DNA from: Betaproteobacteria bacterium
GTDB lineage: Bacteria; Pseudomonadota; Gammaproteobacteria; Burkholderiales; Burkholderiaceae
Reading direction: 5' to 3'
Assembly (NCBI GenBank): GCA_947453825.1
Contig: CANGHN010000002.1
Coordinates: 48,997-112,996 of the forward strand
Length of the DNA: 64,000 bases
The notes beneath the pieces are model-generated. The model was not told the origin of the DNA and did no database searches. It saw nothing but the letters and a program-made list of their open reading frames with translations. A program made the translations under genes and the position numbers. Positions 50,648 through 61,133 of the stretch are shown piece after piece; position 1 is the stretch's first letter; every line of letters starts with the position of its first letter.

Positions 50648-51634
50648 TTAAAGCAAGCGCCCTTGGGTTTTGATGGATTCTGCCTCTGTATTCATTTGCG
50701 CGCGTTGGCGTTCAATGAATTCTTTGAGTGTGTCGATGCCACGAAGTTGCAAAATCGTATTGCGAACTGCGGCTTCTACAAGAACTGCTAAGTTACGACC
50801 AGCAGCTACTTGAATCTTGACGGTCCGAATGGGAACACCCAAAACATCAATATGTTGGGCTTCAAGTGGTAGTCGTTCAAACTCGCCATCGTTTCTACGA
50901 ACCAACTGAACGATCAAGCGTAGTTTTAATTTACGACGGACAGCGGTTTCACCAAAAATGGTGCGGATATCCAGTAAGCCTAGGCCGCGTACCTCAAGTA
51001 AGTTACGCAAGATGATCGGGCAACGACCTTCAATGTAGTCTGGACCAAGGCGCGCAAAGTCGACCGCATCATCAGCAACTAAACCATGACCGCGCGAGAT
51101 CAACTCAAGACCTAATTCACTTTTACCAAGACCTGATTCACCAGTAATCAAAACACCTAATCCTAGGATATCCATAAATACCCCGTGCATCGTGATTTGA
51201 GGGGCGCCAATTTTAGTTAAGTAGGTGCGTAAATGATCAATCACCTCTGCAGCAGAGGTGGTGGTAGTAAACAGCGGTGTCGAGGAGCGTTGACAGAACA
51301 GCTGTAGGTCTACATCTGCAGGCTTGCCATCAGCAACAATTACGCATGGTGGCGTCTTAGAAATCAGATTGGCAATTTGTTCTTGTTTTTGTTCGGCATC
51401 GAGTGCTGCATGATAGGCAACTTCTTGCTCGCCAAAAATTTGAATACGGCTTGGGTGGATGAGGTTTAAGTGACCTACCAAATCAGAACTAGCCGCGGCT
51501 GCTTTTACTGCTTCGGGTGGGAAGGTGCGATCAGCGCCTTCAAGTCCACCAATCCAAGAAAGTTTCAGATCAGAAATGTTGTCATCAAAGATCTGTTGGG
51601 CAGTAATACCTTCTAGGAGCAGAGGTTGCATCAT
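50648..51634 (-). CDS. hprK: HPr(Ser) kinase/phosphorylase
   Basis: [27 protein letters not shown]. Confidence 0.96.
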   Translation of the reverse strand: MMQPLLLEGITAQQIFDDNISDLKLSWIGGLEGADRTFPPEAVKAAAASSDLVGHLNLIHPSRIQIFGEQEVAYHAALDAEQKQEQIANLISKTPPCVIVADGKPADVDLQLFCQRSSTPLFTTTTSAAEVIDHLRTYLTKIGAPQITMHGVFMDILGLGVLITGESGLGKSELGLELISRGHGLVADDAVDFARLGPDYIEGRCPIILRNLLEVRGLGLLDIRTIFGETAVRRKLKLRLIVQLVRRNDGEFERLPLEAQHIDVLGVPIRTVKIQVAAGRNLAVLVEAAVRNTILQLRGIDTLKEFIERQRAQMNTEAESIKTQGRLL

Positions 51635-52089
51635 TTAGCGCCCCATTGCTGCAAGAGCTCACGAACTTTGACAGGATCATTTGCAGTTTCAAGAAATTGA
51701 CGCGCATCTGGGTCAGATAAAAGTTGGGCAATAGAAGACAGAATTTCTAAATGCTGTTGAGTTGCTTTTTCGGGAACCAGTAAAAATATCAGAATGGATA
51801 CTAGTTCACCATCAGGGGCAGCAAATTCAATGGGATCTTTTAATTTTATAAAAGCAGCGGCAGGCTGTTTAAGGCCTTTAACGCGACCATGAGGAATCGC
51901 AACTCCAGCACCAAGAGCAGTAGATCCTAAATCTTCACGCGCAATGAGAAATTCGACAACAGCACTTGCATCAAGACCAATTTGTTGTGCAAACAATGCA
52001 CCTGCTGCTGCAAATGCATCTGCTCGGCTTTTGGCTGGGCTATTTAATGCAATGCAGTCAGAGGTGAAAAGATGGGTCAGGGCATTCAT
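51631..52089 (-). CDS. ptsN: PTS EIIA-Ntr
   Basis: [19 protein letters not shown]; TATAAT 8 nt upstream of ATG. Confidence 0.92.
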   Translation of the reverse strand: MNALTHLFTSDCIALNSPAKSRADAFAAAGALFAQQIGLDASAVVEFLIAREDLGSTALGAGVAIPHGRVKGLKQPAAAFIKLKDPIEFAAPDGELVSILIFLLVPEKATQQHLEILSSIAQLLSDPDARQFLETANDPVKVRELLQQWGAK

Positions 52090-52122
52090 AAGAGTTGATT
52101 ATAGGTGTCCCTACGCTAGGAA

Positions 52123-52446
52123 TTACTCAAATCGCTTGTCGTGATGATGATCTTGGATCTTTTCTTTATGTTTCACGACTTGGCGTTCAAGCTTGTCGAC
52201 TACCGCATCCATGGCGTGGTAAAGATCTGCATTGTGGGCTTCGGCAAATAATTCCTTACCTTTGAGATGAATAGTAATCTCAGCACTCTGACGGAGCTCT
52301 TTTTCTTTAGCGTTATCCACCACAAAAAAGGCAGAAGCATCAATAACATGGTCAAAGTGCTTACGAATTTTTGCCATACCCGCTTCAAGGTGCGCCCGCA
52401 TCGCAGGGGTAACTTCAATATGACGGCTATTAATTTTCAAATTCAT
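52123..52446 (-). CDS. hpf: Ribosome hibernation factor (short HPF/RaiA family)
   Basis: MNLKINSRHIEVTPAM, DLYHAMDAVVDKLERQV; SD AAGGAG before ATG 52446. Confidence 0.9.
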   Translation of the reverse strand: MNLKINSRHIEVTPAMRAHLEAGMAKIRKHFDHVIDASAFFVVDNAKEKELRQSAEITIHLKGKELFAEAHNADLYHAMDAVVDKLERQVVKHKEKIQDHHHDKRFE

Positions 52447-52457
52447 TAGCATCTCCT

Positions 52458-52544
52458 TCAATATATGCGTGCGCATGCTGATGCATGGGGTGCGCAGCAA
52501 GCCCCTGAAATCGTTTGAGCAGTATTTTTGGAAAGGAACTTCAT
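52458..52544 (-). other. Candidate 28-aa uORF upstream of hpf
   Basis: MKFLSKNTAQTISGACCAPHASACARIY*; preceded by TACGCT-GGAGGTTC; stop overlaps hpf SD. Confidence 0.3.
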
Positions 52545-52630
52545 GAACCTCCAGCGTATCAGCGAATTTGCCGAAAACCAAGAGGGAAAACCATTTTTAT
52601 TCCTTAGTTGGCCGGGGAGGGCCGCCCAGC

Positions 52631-53398
52631 TTACATCCGGAAGTTTTCGCCTAAGTAAACTCTGCGAACAGCGTCGTTTTGGATGATTTGATCAGGTTTG
52701 CCTTCCGCCAGAACGCTACCCTCGCTAATGATGTAGGCATGGTCACAAATACCTAGGGTTTCACGGACGTTATGGTCGGTGATCAGAACGCCGATCTGGC
52801 GGTCACGTAGAAAACGCACAATTCGCTGAATTTCCCCAACAGCAATAGGGTCTACGCCGGCAAAAGGTTCGTCCAGCAAGATAAATTTAGGATGCGAGGC
52901 TAAGGCCCTAGCAATCTCTACACGGCGTCGCTCACCGCCTGAAAGCGATAGGGCTGGGTTATTGCGAAGATGGCCAATTTGGAGTTCACCTAGAAGCTCA
53001 TCTAGTCGATCGGCAATCTCCGCCTTACTAAGCGGTTTTCCGCCTTGTACTTGTAGCTCTAATACTGCTTGAATATTTTCTGCGACATTCAATTTTCTGA
53101 AGACTGAAGCCTCTTGAGGTAAGTAAGACAGACCCATCCGAGCACGTTCATGAATCGATAAATGGGTAATATCGGCGCCGTCGAGAATAATGCTGCCGCC
53201 ATCAAGTGGCACAAGGCCAACAATCATGTAGAACGAAGTCGTTTTACCGGCACCATTAGGACCAAGCAAGCCAACTACTTCGCCACTTTCAACTTGTACG
53301 GATACGTCGCGTACAACAGTTCGAGAACCATAACGCTTTTGTAAGTGCTGCGCACTCAGTGTTACTGGCTTATTCGGTTGAGCTAAATCCGTTGTCAT
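52631..53398 (-). CDS. lptB: LPS export ABC ATPase
   Basis: [46 protein letters not shown]. Confidence 0.96.
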   Translation of the reverse strand: MTTDLAQPNKPVTLSAQHLQKRYGSRTVVRDVSVQVESGEVVGLLGPNGAGKTTSFYMIVGLVPLDGGSIILDGADITHLSIHERARMGLSYLPQEASVFRKLNVAENIQAVLELQVQGGKPLSKAEIADRLDELLGELQIGHLRNNPALSLSGGERRRVEIARALASHPKFILLDEPFAGVDPIAVGEIQRIVRFLRDRQIGVLITDHNVRETLGICDHAYIISEGSVLAEGKPDQIIQNDAVRRVYLGENFRM

Positions 53399-53946
53399 TT
53401 CTCTAGTGTGGCTTTTCGTCTTGGTGAAAGGATTGCTCTAGCCAAAGGCAGGTCGTCCGGTTTTGCATTTTGTGGAGGTATAACTCGATAGTACTGCTTT
53501 ACATCATCGTATTCAATTTTCCAGCCATTTAACTTGTCAAGCATTTGCATATCTAGCAAGCGTTTTAGGCTGGCATCGCCAGTCAGGGTTAACAATTCTC
53601 TTTTGGCATCATAAATAACTTGCGAGCCGTTTCCTTGCATAAATTCTTCAGCACGGCCTTCACGTCGTTGTCTAAAACTCGCTGTTTTATCAGGCTCGCC
53701 TTTGACATCCACAAATTCATAACCTTCAGAATCGACTTGCAGATGACCATCTTGGCCAGTGACGATGATGCTACCTTTAATGAGTAATACTTGACCATTC
53801 AGATCGTAGATCTGCTTGACATCATTTACGGAGACTTTTTCAGCCTCAAGAATCAGGGGTTTATCTTGATCTGCTTTTTCAGCATAAGCAAAATTTGCAA
53901 TGGTGCTGAATATTGTTAGACAGAATGCAAAAGTTTTCATCTGCAT
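53395..53946 (-). CDS. lptA: LPS transport periplasmic protein
   Basis: Signal peptide, [17 protein letters not shown]; between lptC and lptB. Confidence 0.85.
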   Translation of the reverse strand: MQMKTFAFCLTIFSTIANFAYAEKADQDKPLILEAEKVSVNDVKQIYDLNGQVLLIKGSIIVTGQDGHLQVDSEGYEFVDVKGEPDKTASFRQRREGRAEEFMQGNGSQVIYDAKRELLTLTGDASLKRLLDMQMLDKLNGWKIEYDDVKQYYRVIPPQNAKPDDLPLARAILSPRRKATLEK

Positions 53947-53950
53947 GATT

Positions 53951-54592
53951 TTACTGGGCTCTACGTGGAGCAACTTCAATGCGGCCTTTCACTTGACCAG
54001 TGAGCACCATGCTTTGTTCGATATTATTAAATACCCCGCCATCCGTAGACTGCATGATGGACATGCCTTGTTCAAGCGTAATAGGTCGGTCAGTTTGAAT
54101 AATATCGTCGTTAATGAGTACTTTGAAATAGCTGGAGGTTGCCAGCATTCTCAAGGTAGCAGGCTCTGTCGCACTTGCAGCTTGCGCAGGGCGGAAGATA
54201 GAGGCGTTATCAATTAAATCCAAAATTGTCAGGTCACCATCTAAGTGTCCGGTATCTGACTTTACGGTAACTGGCGCTTTACCATCTTTAAAGAGACGAA
54301 TTCTTGGAGTTTCAATATCAATCGATGCGTCATCATCGTAGTGCGTTACTTTCTTGCCAAGCACTCGGTATTTAGTATTGCCTTGCTCATTTAATGCAGA
54401 AAGAGCACCTTCTTTAATAATGTAGTCAGGCTCATGAAGGCGCACACGCTCTAGTAGCGATTTTTCTGGGGGAGTGTTTTTCTGTACAAGCCAAAAAGTG
54501 ACAAGCGTAAAAATACCCATCAGAATCAAAGGCATCAGGCGTAAAATTAGACGCCCAATACCCAGCTTGATTCGTTGAGAACTCAATGGCAT
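53951..54592 (-). CDS. lptC: LPS export protein
   Basis: N-terminal TM, HEPDY, HYDDD; synteny. Confidence 0.87.
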   Translation of the reverse strand: MPLSSQRIKLGIGRLILRLMPLILMGIFTLVTFWLVQKNTPPEKSLLERVRLHEPDYIIKEGALSALNEQGNTKYRVLGKKVTHYDDDASIDIETPRIRLFKDGKAPVTVKSDTGHLDGDLTILDLIDNASIFRPAQAASATEPATLRMLATSSYFKVLINDDIIQTDRPITLEQGMSIMQSTDGGVFNNIEQSMVLTGQVKGRIEVAPRRAQ

Positions 54593-54595
54593 TAC

Positions 54596-55168
54596 TTAGC
54601 TGCGAGCCTTATTAAGCAATTCCTCATAGCGATTTTGTGCCTTGAGGATGAGATCACAGACTTCTCTCACTGCGCTATTGCCGCCACTTTGGGGAGTAAT
54701 AAAGTGAACAAATTCTTTGACTGCCGTATGTGCTTGTGCGGGGCAAATTTTGAAGCCAGCATTTTTCATCATCTGGAGATCCGGCCAGTCATCACCCATG
54801 ACAGCACAGTCAGCAGGAGACAGTCCTTGTGATTTAATCACTTGCTCTAGGGCCAGCGCCTTATTTTCTACGCCCATGTGGACATGCTTAATGCCAAGCT
54901 CTTCGCAACGCGCTAAAACCATTTTGGAATTTCGGCCAGTAATAATGGCTGTGGGGATGCCGCATTGCTCTAGAAGTTTGATGCCCAGACCATCTTGAAT
55001 ATCAAATGCTTTTAAAGATTCCTTGCCATCGGCACCAATCCATACTTTGCCATCGGTTAAAACACCATCAACATCTAAGACCAGTAACTTCACCTTACCC
55101 GCACGCTCCCAAGCTTGAGGATATTGGGCTAGGGGATTAGTGTTATGGGTATTGAAAGCAGTAGGCAT
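54596..55168 (-). CDS. kdsC: KDO 8-phosphate phosphatase (HAD)
   Basis: LDVDGVLTDG, IITGR, MGDDWPD, AVREVCD. Confidence 0.93.
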   Translation of the reverse strand: MPTAFNTHNTNPLAQYPQAWERAGKVKLLVLDVDGVLTDGKVWIGADGKESLKAFDIQDGLGIKLLEQCGIPTAIITGRNSKMVLARCEELGIKHVHMGVENKALALEQVIKSQGLSPADCAVMGDDWPDLQMMKNAGFKICPAQAHTAVKEFVHFITPQSGGNSAVREVCDLILKAQNRYEELLNKARS

Positions 55169-55196
55169 GAAAGTGCAGTTGAAATAAGGTGCTTAA

Positions 55197-56189
55197 TTAA
55201 ATGACTTTGGCAGCAAAGAGGTCATGCAGATTGAGTGCGCCTAAGAGTTGACCTGCACTATCGGTTACTACCAAATGATTGATACGGTGTTTCTCCATCA
55301 TCTCAATCGCTTCTTCAGCGAGTAGCTCTGGGGGGATAGTGCGCGGATTTGCAGTGGTGGCATTTTTAAGTGTGATGCCCTCAAGATTGCTGCTTTTCTC
55401 TAGTAGGCGACGTAAGTCACCATCGGTCAAGATGCCATGCACTTTTTGATCTTTGTCTAAAGTCACGACCATACCCATGCGCTTGGCAGTCATCTCCAAT
55501 AACGCTGCTTGTAATGGAGCGTCAATGGAAATTTTGGGTGTGTCATCCAAACTACGCATGACTTCACTAACATGCATTAATTGTTTACGGCCCAGTCTGC
55601 CGCCTGGATGAGAGCGGATGAAGTCCTCCGCTTCGAATCCTCTAGCATCGAGCAAGGCAACTGCTAATGCATCGCCCATTGCTAGTGCAGCAGTAGTGCT
55701 TGTCGTTGGCGCGAGGTTAAGTGGGCAAGCTTCTTTCTCAACGCTGGTATCAAGATGGGCGTCAGCAAGTTTTGCAAGCGAAGAGCTTGGTGCGCCAGTC
55801 AATGCAATCAGTTTTGCACCGGTACGTTTCACAATAGGAACGATGGTTAAGAGTTCATCGGTTTCGCCAGAGTTTGATAGGGCAACAAACACGTCATCTC
55901 GCGTAACCATGCCCAAGTCACCATGACTAGCTTCTGCAGGGTGTACAAAAAATGCCGGAGATCCAGTGGAGGCAAAAGTAGCAGCAATTTTGCGGGCAAT
56001 ATGACCAGACTTGCCGATACCTGAAACCACAATTCTGCCTTTGCAGGCATGCAGTAGTTCCACCGCAAGTACGAGAGCATCTGCATTGACCCCTTCGAGG
56101 CGGTCACGCATGGTTTGCAGTGCAGCAGCCTCAATAGTGAGGGTGTCGCGCGCAAGCTTTAGGGTTCGTTCACGAGTCTTAGCTATCAT
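55197..56189 (-). CDS. kdsD: Arabinose 5-phosphate isomerase (KpsF/GutQ)
   Basis: GIGKSGHI, HPAEASHGDLG, EACPLNLAPT, HPGGRLG, CBS pair. Confidence 0.94.
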   Translation of the reverse strand: MIAKTRERTLKLARDTLTIEAAALQTMRDRLEGVNADALVLAVELLHACKGRIVVSGIGKSGHIARKIAATFASTGSPAFFVHPAEASHGDLGMVTRDDVFVALSNSGETDELLTIVPIVKRTGAKLIALTGAPSSSLAKLADAHLDTSVEKEACPLNLAPTTSTTAALAMGDALAVALLDARGFEAEDFIRSHPGGRLGRKQLMHVSEVMRSLDDTPKISIDAPLQAALLEMTAKRMGMVVTLDKDQKVHGILTDGDLRRLLEKSSNLEGITLKNATTANPRTIPPELLAEEAIEMMEKHRINHLVVTDSAGQLLGALNLHDLFAAKVI

Positions 56190-56195
56190 CGAGTA

Positions 56196-56201
56196 AGTAT
56201 A
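56196..56201 (-). promoter_or_regulatory. -10 element TATACT, 6 nt before kdsD ATG
   Basis: Minus TATACT-tactcg-ATG(56189); overlaps first base of the divergent ATG. Confidence 0.7.
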
Positions 56202-58183
56202 TGCCGTCAGTCCTTCAATTAACTCTCATTCTCTTGGCCGCTGGTGTGGCCGGAGTGGTTATTTTCCGCTATTTTGGCTTACCCCCCATTTTGGGCTATT
56301 TGGCGATTGGCGTGTTAATTGGACCAAACGCACTGGGCCTAGCAAATGATTCGGCCACCGTGAAGTATTTGGCGGAGTTTGGGGTGGTCTTCTTAATGTT
56401 CTCCATTGGCTTGGAATTTAATCTACATAAGTTACGGGCAATGCGCACCATCGTATTTGGGCTTGGGGGTAGCCAGGTCATTTTGACGATGCTCTTAGCG
56501 GTGCCAGCCAGTCTCTTGATGAATTGGATTTATCCCATTTCTTGGCATGCAGCAATTGCTTTAGGTGGTGCGCTGGCAATGTCTTCTACGGCAATTGTCA
56601 CTAAGCTTATTTCGGATCGTTCTGAATTAGAAACTGAACACGGGCGCAATGTAGTCGGTATTTTGTTATTCCAAGATCTAGCGGTGGTGTTTCTTTTGAT
56701 TTTGTTGCCCTCAATTGGCAAAAATCCAACAGACCTTCTTGTTGCATTAACTGCTGCCTCGATCAAGTTAACGGTTGCTTTGGTTCTGATTTTCTTCATC
56801 GGCCAATCGCTCATGAGTCATTGGTTTAAGTTAGTTGCCAACTTACGTTCCCAAGAGCTATTCATGTTGAACCTTTTGCTCATTGTTTTGGGCATGGCAG
56901 GATTGACTGAATATTTTGGATTATCCCTCGCGCTCGGAGCATTTTTAGCAGGCATGTTGATCGCTGAGACACCCTATCGTCATCAGGTGGAAGAGGATGT
57001 CAAACCGTTTCGCGATGTTTTGCTCGGGCTCTTCTTCATTACTATTGGCATGCTGCTCGACTTCAATGTGATACGTGAGCAGTGGCCCCTAGTTTTGACG
57101 CTTTTACTGGGCCCACTGGTTTTTAAGTTTGGCCTGATTACCTTGCTCTCGCGGGTCTTTGGCTCTAGCCCAGGTATTTCTATTCGAACTGGTTTGTGCC
57201 TTGCTCAGGCCGGTGAATTCGGTTTCGTTTTGCTGACCCAAATTGATGGCCTAGATTTAATTGATCCTGTTTTAAGCCAAGCCGTGCTAGCTGCAATGCT
57301 GCTGTCAATGTTTGGCGCCCCCTTCTTGATTGAATACAGCGATCGTATTGCAATGCGCTTCTCGAGTAATGAGTGGCTATTGCAATCATTAGCATTGACA
57401 CGAGTTGCCGCAAAAAGTGTTCGCAATGAGAATCATGTGATCATTTGCGGCTTTGGTCGATCAGGTCAAAGCTTAGCGCGGATGCTTGATCAAGAAAAGA
57501 TTCCCTATATTGCTTTGGATTTAGATCCTGATCGCGTTAAAGAGGCTGCAGCAGCTGGTGATAACGTCGTTTATGGCGATGCCAGTCGAGAAAACTATTT
57601 AGTTGCTGCAGGGCTTGCTAGGGCAAAGACGGTGGTGATTACTTATGCTGATACTCCAGCAAGTTTAAGAGTGCTGTATCAAGTGGAACATTTACGTCCA
57701 GGCATGACGGTGCTAGTGCGTACTAAGGATGATGCTGACATCAGTAAGCTCCAAGCTGCTGGAGCAACAGAAGTAGTGCCCGAGCTCATTGAGGGTAGCC
57801 TGATGATTGCTTCTCACGTGCTACTCATCATGGGTGTGCCCATGCGCAAGGTAGTGAGACGAATCACTACTGCCCGTGAAGAGCGCTATAGCCTATTACG
57901 GGGTTATTTCCGGGGGGGCGCAGACGATGACTTTGGTTCTAACGAATCCTGGCGTTTGCACTCGATCACTTTATTGCCGCACTCTCAAGGAGTTGGTAAA
58001 ACCTTGGGAGAACTCCATCTGGAGGACGAGGGAGTTAGTATCCAGGCGGTAAGACGTAAAGAGCGCAATGCAGATTACGTCAAGCTTCCTCTTAGCCCCT
58101 ATTTGCAACTACAAGCAAACGACATTTTGGTGGTCTCAGGCAATTCAGAGGCGATTGAACTGGCCGACGCTAAATTACTCTGA
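56201..58183 (+). CDS. CPA2 (Kef-type) cation:proton antiporter with TrkA-N/TrkA-C domains
   Basis: LAEFGVVFLMFSIGLE, LLFQD, GAFLAG, AQAGEF, ICGFGRSG, YGDA. Confidence 0.9.
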   Translation: MPSVLQLTLILLAAGVAGVVIFRYFGLPPILGYLAIGVLIGPNALGLANDSATVKYLAEFGVVFLMFSIGLEFNLHKLRAMRTIVFGLGGSQVILTMLLAVPASLLMNWIYPISWHAAIALGGALAMSSTAIVTKLISDRSELETEHGRNVVGILLFQDLAVVFLLILLPSIGKNPTDLLVALTAASIKLTVALVLIFFIGQSLMSHWFKLVANLRSQELFMLNLLLIVLGMAGLTEYFGLSLALGAFLAGMLIAETPYRHQVEEDVKPFRDVLLGLFFITIGMLLDFNVIREQWPLVLTLLLGPLVFKFGLITLLSRVFGSSPGISIRTGLCLAQAGEFGFVLLTQIDGLDLIDPVLSQAVLAAMLLSMFGAPFLIEYSDRIAMRFSSNEWLLQSLALTRVAAKSVRNENHVIICGFGRSGQSLARMLDQEKIPYIALDLDPDRVKEAAAAGDNVVYGDASRENYLVAAGLARAKTVVITYADTPASLRVLYQVEHLRPGMTVLVRTKDDADISKLQAAGATEVVPELIEGSLMIASHVLLIMGVPMRKVVRRITTAREERYSLLRGYFRGGADDDFGSNESWRLHSITLLPHSQGVGKTLGELHLEDEGVSIQAVRRKERNADYVKLPLSPYLQLQANDILVVSGNSEAIELADAKLL

Positions 58184-58207
58184 GACTCAATACTTTGATT
58201 ACGACCT

Positions 58208-61096
58208 TTATTTTTTCTTCTTGCTAACAACAGGCTTGCGAGTAAGTAAAGGTGCTAAGTAGTAACCAGTAAAACTCGCTTTATTCTGAGCCACATCCTC
58301 GGGTGTTCCGGTGGCAATAATTTCTCCACCGCCAGCGCCACCTTTAGGCCCCAAGTCAATAATCCAGTCTGCCGTCTTAATCACATCGAGATTGTGTTCG
58401 ATGATGACAATGGTATTGCCTTGTTTCTTAAGCGTCTGAATCACAGTAAGTAAAAGCTGAATGTCGTGGAAATGCAAACCGGTTGTGGGTTCATCCAATA
58501 TATAAAGTGTTCTACCGGTATCGCGTTTAGATAATTCAAGCGACAGCTTGACGCGTTGCGCTTCACCGCCTGATAGGGTCGTAGCGCTTTGGCCCAGCTT
58601 CACATAACCCAAACCAACATCAAGCAGTGTTTTGAGTTTGCGTTTCACAACTGGAACCGCTTCAAAGAATGCATGGGCTTGCTCGATAGTCATCGAGAGC
58701 ACTTCATGAATATTCTTACCTTTGTAGCGAATATCTAAAGTCTCGCGGTTGTAACGCTTGCCATGACAAACATCGCAAGGTACATAAACGTCTGGCAAGA
58801 AGTGCATTTCTACTTTGAGAACGCCATCACCTTCGCAAGAATCGCAACGACCACCTTTGACGTTAAAGGAGAAGCGACCCGCTTCATAGCCCCGTTCACG
58901 TGATGCAGGAACGCCTGCAAAGAGTTCGCGAATTGGCGTAAAGAGGCCGGTATAGGTTGCAGGGTTAGAGCGTGGCGTTCTTCCAATTGGCGACTGGTCA
59001 ACGCTAATCACTTTGTCAAAGTGCTCTAAACCCTTCATGGAATCATGTGCTGCAGGCTCTGCATTTGAACCATAAAGATGCTGAGCCACTGCATGATGTA
59101 AGGTGTCATTGATCAAAGTTGACTTACCCGAGCCTGATACACCGGTGACACAAGTTAAGAGACCCACCGGAATCTTAGCGTGCACTGATTGCAAGTTGTT
59201 GCCACGAGCACCAATGATTTCCAGAAAACGATCATTCACTGGAATGCGATTTTCTGGTACAGCAATCGCTTCGCGACCAGCTAGATAAGCGCCTGTTAAG
59301 GATTTTGGGTTGGCCTCTACTTCTGCTGGAGTACCTTGCGCAACAATCTCGCCACCATGAACACCAGCACCTGGGCCGATATCGATCACCCAGTCAGAAG
59401 CGCGAATCATGTCTTCATCATGTTCAACTACTAAAACGCTATTACCCAAGTCACGTAAATGTTTGAGGGTGCCAATCAGGCGATCGTTATCGCGCTGATG
59501 TAAGCCAATTGATGGCTCATCGAGAACGTACATCACACCGGTTAAACCAGAGCCAATTTGGCTGGCAAGACGAATACGTTGAGCTTCTCCGCCAGAGAGA
59601 GTATCAGCACTGCGCTCGAGTGAGAGGTAATCTAAGCCAACGTCATTTAAGAAGCGTAGACGGGCACTGATTTCTTTAACAATCTTATCGGCAATTTCTC
59701 GTTTTGCACCTTTAAGCTCAAGAGCTTCGAAGTACTCTTTCGCTTCTTTGAGAGGCAATGCGCTGATTTCATAAATAGCGCGTGATTGCTTATGATCGCC
59801 CACCTTTACAAAGCGCGCTTCTTTGCGTAAACGGCTACCATTGCATTCTGGACAAGTTTGCACGTTTTGGTAGCGCGCCAATTCTTCTCGTACAGTCATT
59901 GAATCAGTTTCGCGATAGCGTCTTTCAAAATTGGCAACGATGCCTTCGAAGGCATGCTCACGAATTGAATTTTTGCCGCGCTCGTTGATGTATTCAAATG
60001 GAATAGTGACATCACCTGATCCCAGCATAATGAGATCTTGTTGTTTCTTAGAGAGCGTCTCAAAAGGCTTCTCTACATCGAAGCCACCATGCTTAGCTAG
60101 GGTCTGCAGTAGTTTGAAATAAAACTGATTACGGCGATCCCAGCCTTTAATTGCACCAGAGGCTAGCGATAAATCCGGGTGAGCAACGATACGCTTTGGA
60201 TCAAAGAATGACTGATGACCAAGACCATCGCAGGATGGGCATGCACCCATTGGGTTATTAAAGGAAAAAAGTCGTGGCTCCAATTCTTGGAGAGAGTAAG
60301 AGCAAATTGGGCAAGCAAACTTACTTGAGAAAATCATCTCTTTGCCGCTATCCATATCTACGATCATGGCTTTACCATCCGCCAAGCGAAGAGCCGTCTC
60401 AAAAGATTCTGCCAGGCGTTGTTGAATATCAGGACGTACCTTGATGCGATCAACTACAACCTCGATAGAGTGCTTATCGTTTTTCTTTAGTTCAGGTAAT
60501 TGATCTACTTCAAAGATTTCTGCTTTGGCGGCATTCGCTGTACCACCACCAGAGCGCACCCGAAAGCGGACAAAGCCTTGTGCTTGCAAGTCTTGGAAGA
60601 GATCAACAAACTCACCTTTACGCTCACTGACTACGGGAGCCAGAATCATTAACTTTGTATCTTCTGGTAACGAGAGTACGGTATCGACCATTTGGGAAAC
60701 ACTTTGTGCTTCCAATGGAAGATCGTGATCAGGGCAATGTGGTGTTCCAGCACGCGCAAATAACAAACGCAAGTAGTCATGAATTTCAGTAACTGTGCCG
60801 ACAGTGGAGCGTGGATTGTGACTAGTGGCTTTTTGCTCAATCGAAATAGCTGGTGAAAGACCTTCGATGGTGTCGACGTCTGGTTTTTCCATGAGTTGCA
60901 AAAACTGGCGTGCATAGGCAGAAAGAGACTCAACATAGCGGCGTTGACCTTCCGCATACAAAGTGTCAAAAGCGAGCGAACTTTTGCCTGAGCCGGATAA
61001 TCCAGTAAGGACAACGAGTTTCTCTCTAGGGATGTCTAGATTGATGTTTTTGAGGTTGTGGGTGCGGGCACCGCGGATCTTGATTTCGTTATTCAT
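58208..61096 (-). CDS. uvrA: Excinuclease ABC subunit A
   Basis: GARTHNLKN, two Walker A motifs, LSGGEAQR twice, zinc fingers. Confidence 0.98.
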   Translation of the reverse strand: MNNEIKIRGARTHNLKNINLDIPREKLVVLTGLSGSGKSSLAFDTLYAEGQRRYVESLSAYARQFLQLMEKPDVDTIEGLSPAISIEQKATSHNPRSTVGTVTEIHDYLRLLFARAGTPHCPDHDLPLEAQSVSQMVDTVLSLPEDTKLMILAPVVSERKGEFVDLFQDLQAQGFVRFRVRSGGGTANAAKAEIFEVDQLPELKKNDKHSIEVVVDRIKVRPDIQQRLAESFETALRLADGKAMIVDMDSGKEMIFSSKFACPICSYSLQELEPRLFSFNNPMGACPSCDGLGHQSFFDPKRIVAHPDLSLASGAIKGWDRRNQFYFKLLQTLAKHGGFDVEKPFETLSKKQQDLIMLGSGDVTIPFEYINERGKNSIREHAFEGIVANFERRYRETDSMTVREELARYQNVQTCPECNGSRLRKEARFVKVGDHKQSRAIYEISALPLKEAKEYFEALELKGAKREIADKIVKEISARLRFLNDVGLDYLSLERSADTLSGGEAQRIRLASQIGSGLTGVMYVLDEPSIGLHQRDNDRLIGTLKHLRDLGNSVLVVEHDEDMIRASDWVIDIGPGAGVHGGEIVAQGTPAEVEANPKSLTGAYLAGREAIAVPENRIPVNDRFLEIIGARGNNLQSVHAKIPVGLLTCVTGVSGSGKSTLINDTLHHAVAQHLYGSNAEPAAHDSMKGLEHFDKVISVDQSPIGRTPRSNPATYTGLFTPIRELFAGVPASRERGYEAGRFSFNVKGGRCDSCEGDGVLKVEMHFLPDVYVPCDVCHGKRYNRETLDIRYKGKNIHEVLSMTIEQAHAFFEAVPVVKRKLKTLLDVGLGYVKLGQSATTLSGGEAQRVKLSLELSKRDTGRTLYILDEPTTGLHFHDIQLLLTVIQTLKKQGNTIVIIEHNLDVIKTADWIIDLGPKGGAGGGEIIATGTPEDVAQNKASFTGYYLAPLLTRKPVVSKKKK

Positions 61097-61133
61097 GATT
61101 TTTTAGCGTAACTTGTTAATATAGCGCTTTCCC

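Noticed and set aside
52447-52581. Extended hpf ORF, or a raiA-motif ncRNA upstream of hpf
   Set aside because: SD AAGGAG fixes the start at 52446; the raiA motif is known from Bacillota and Actinomycetota and no matching structure is evident
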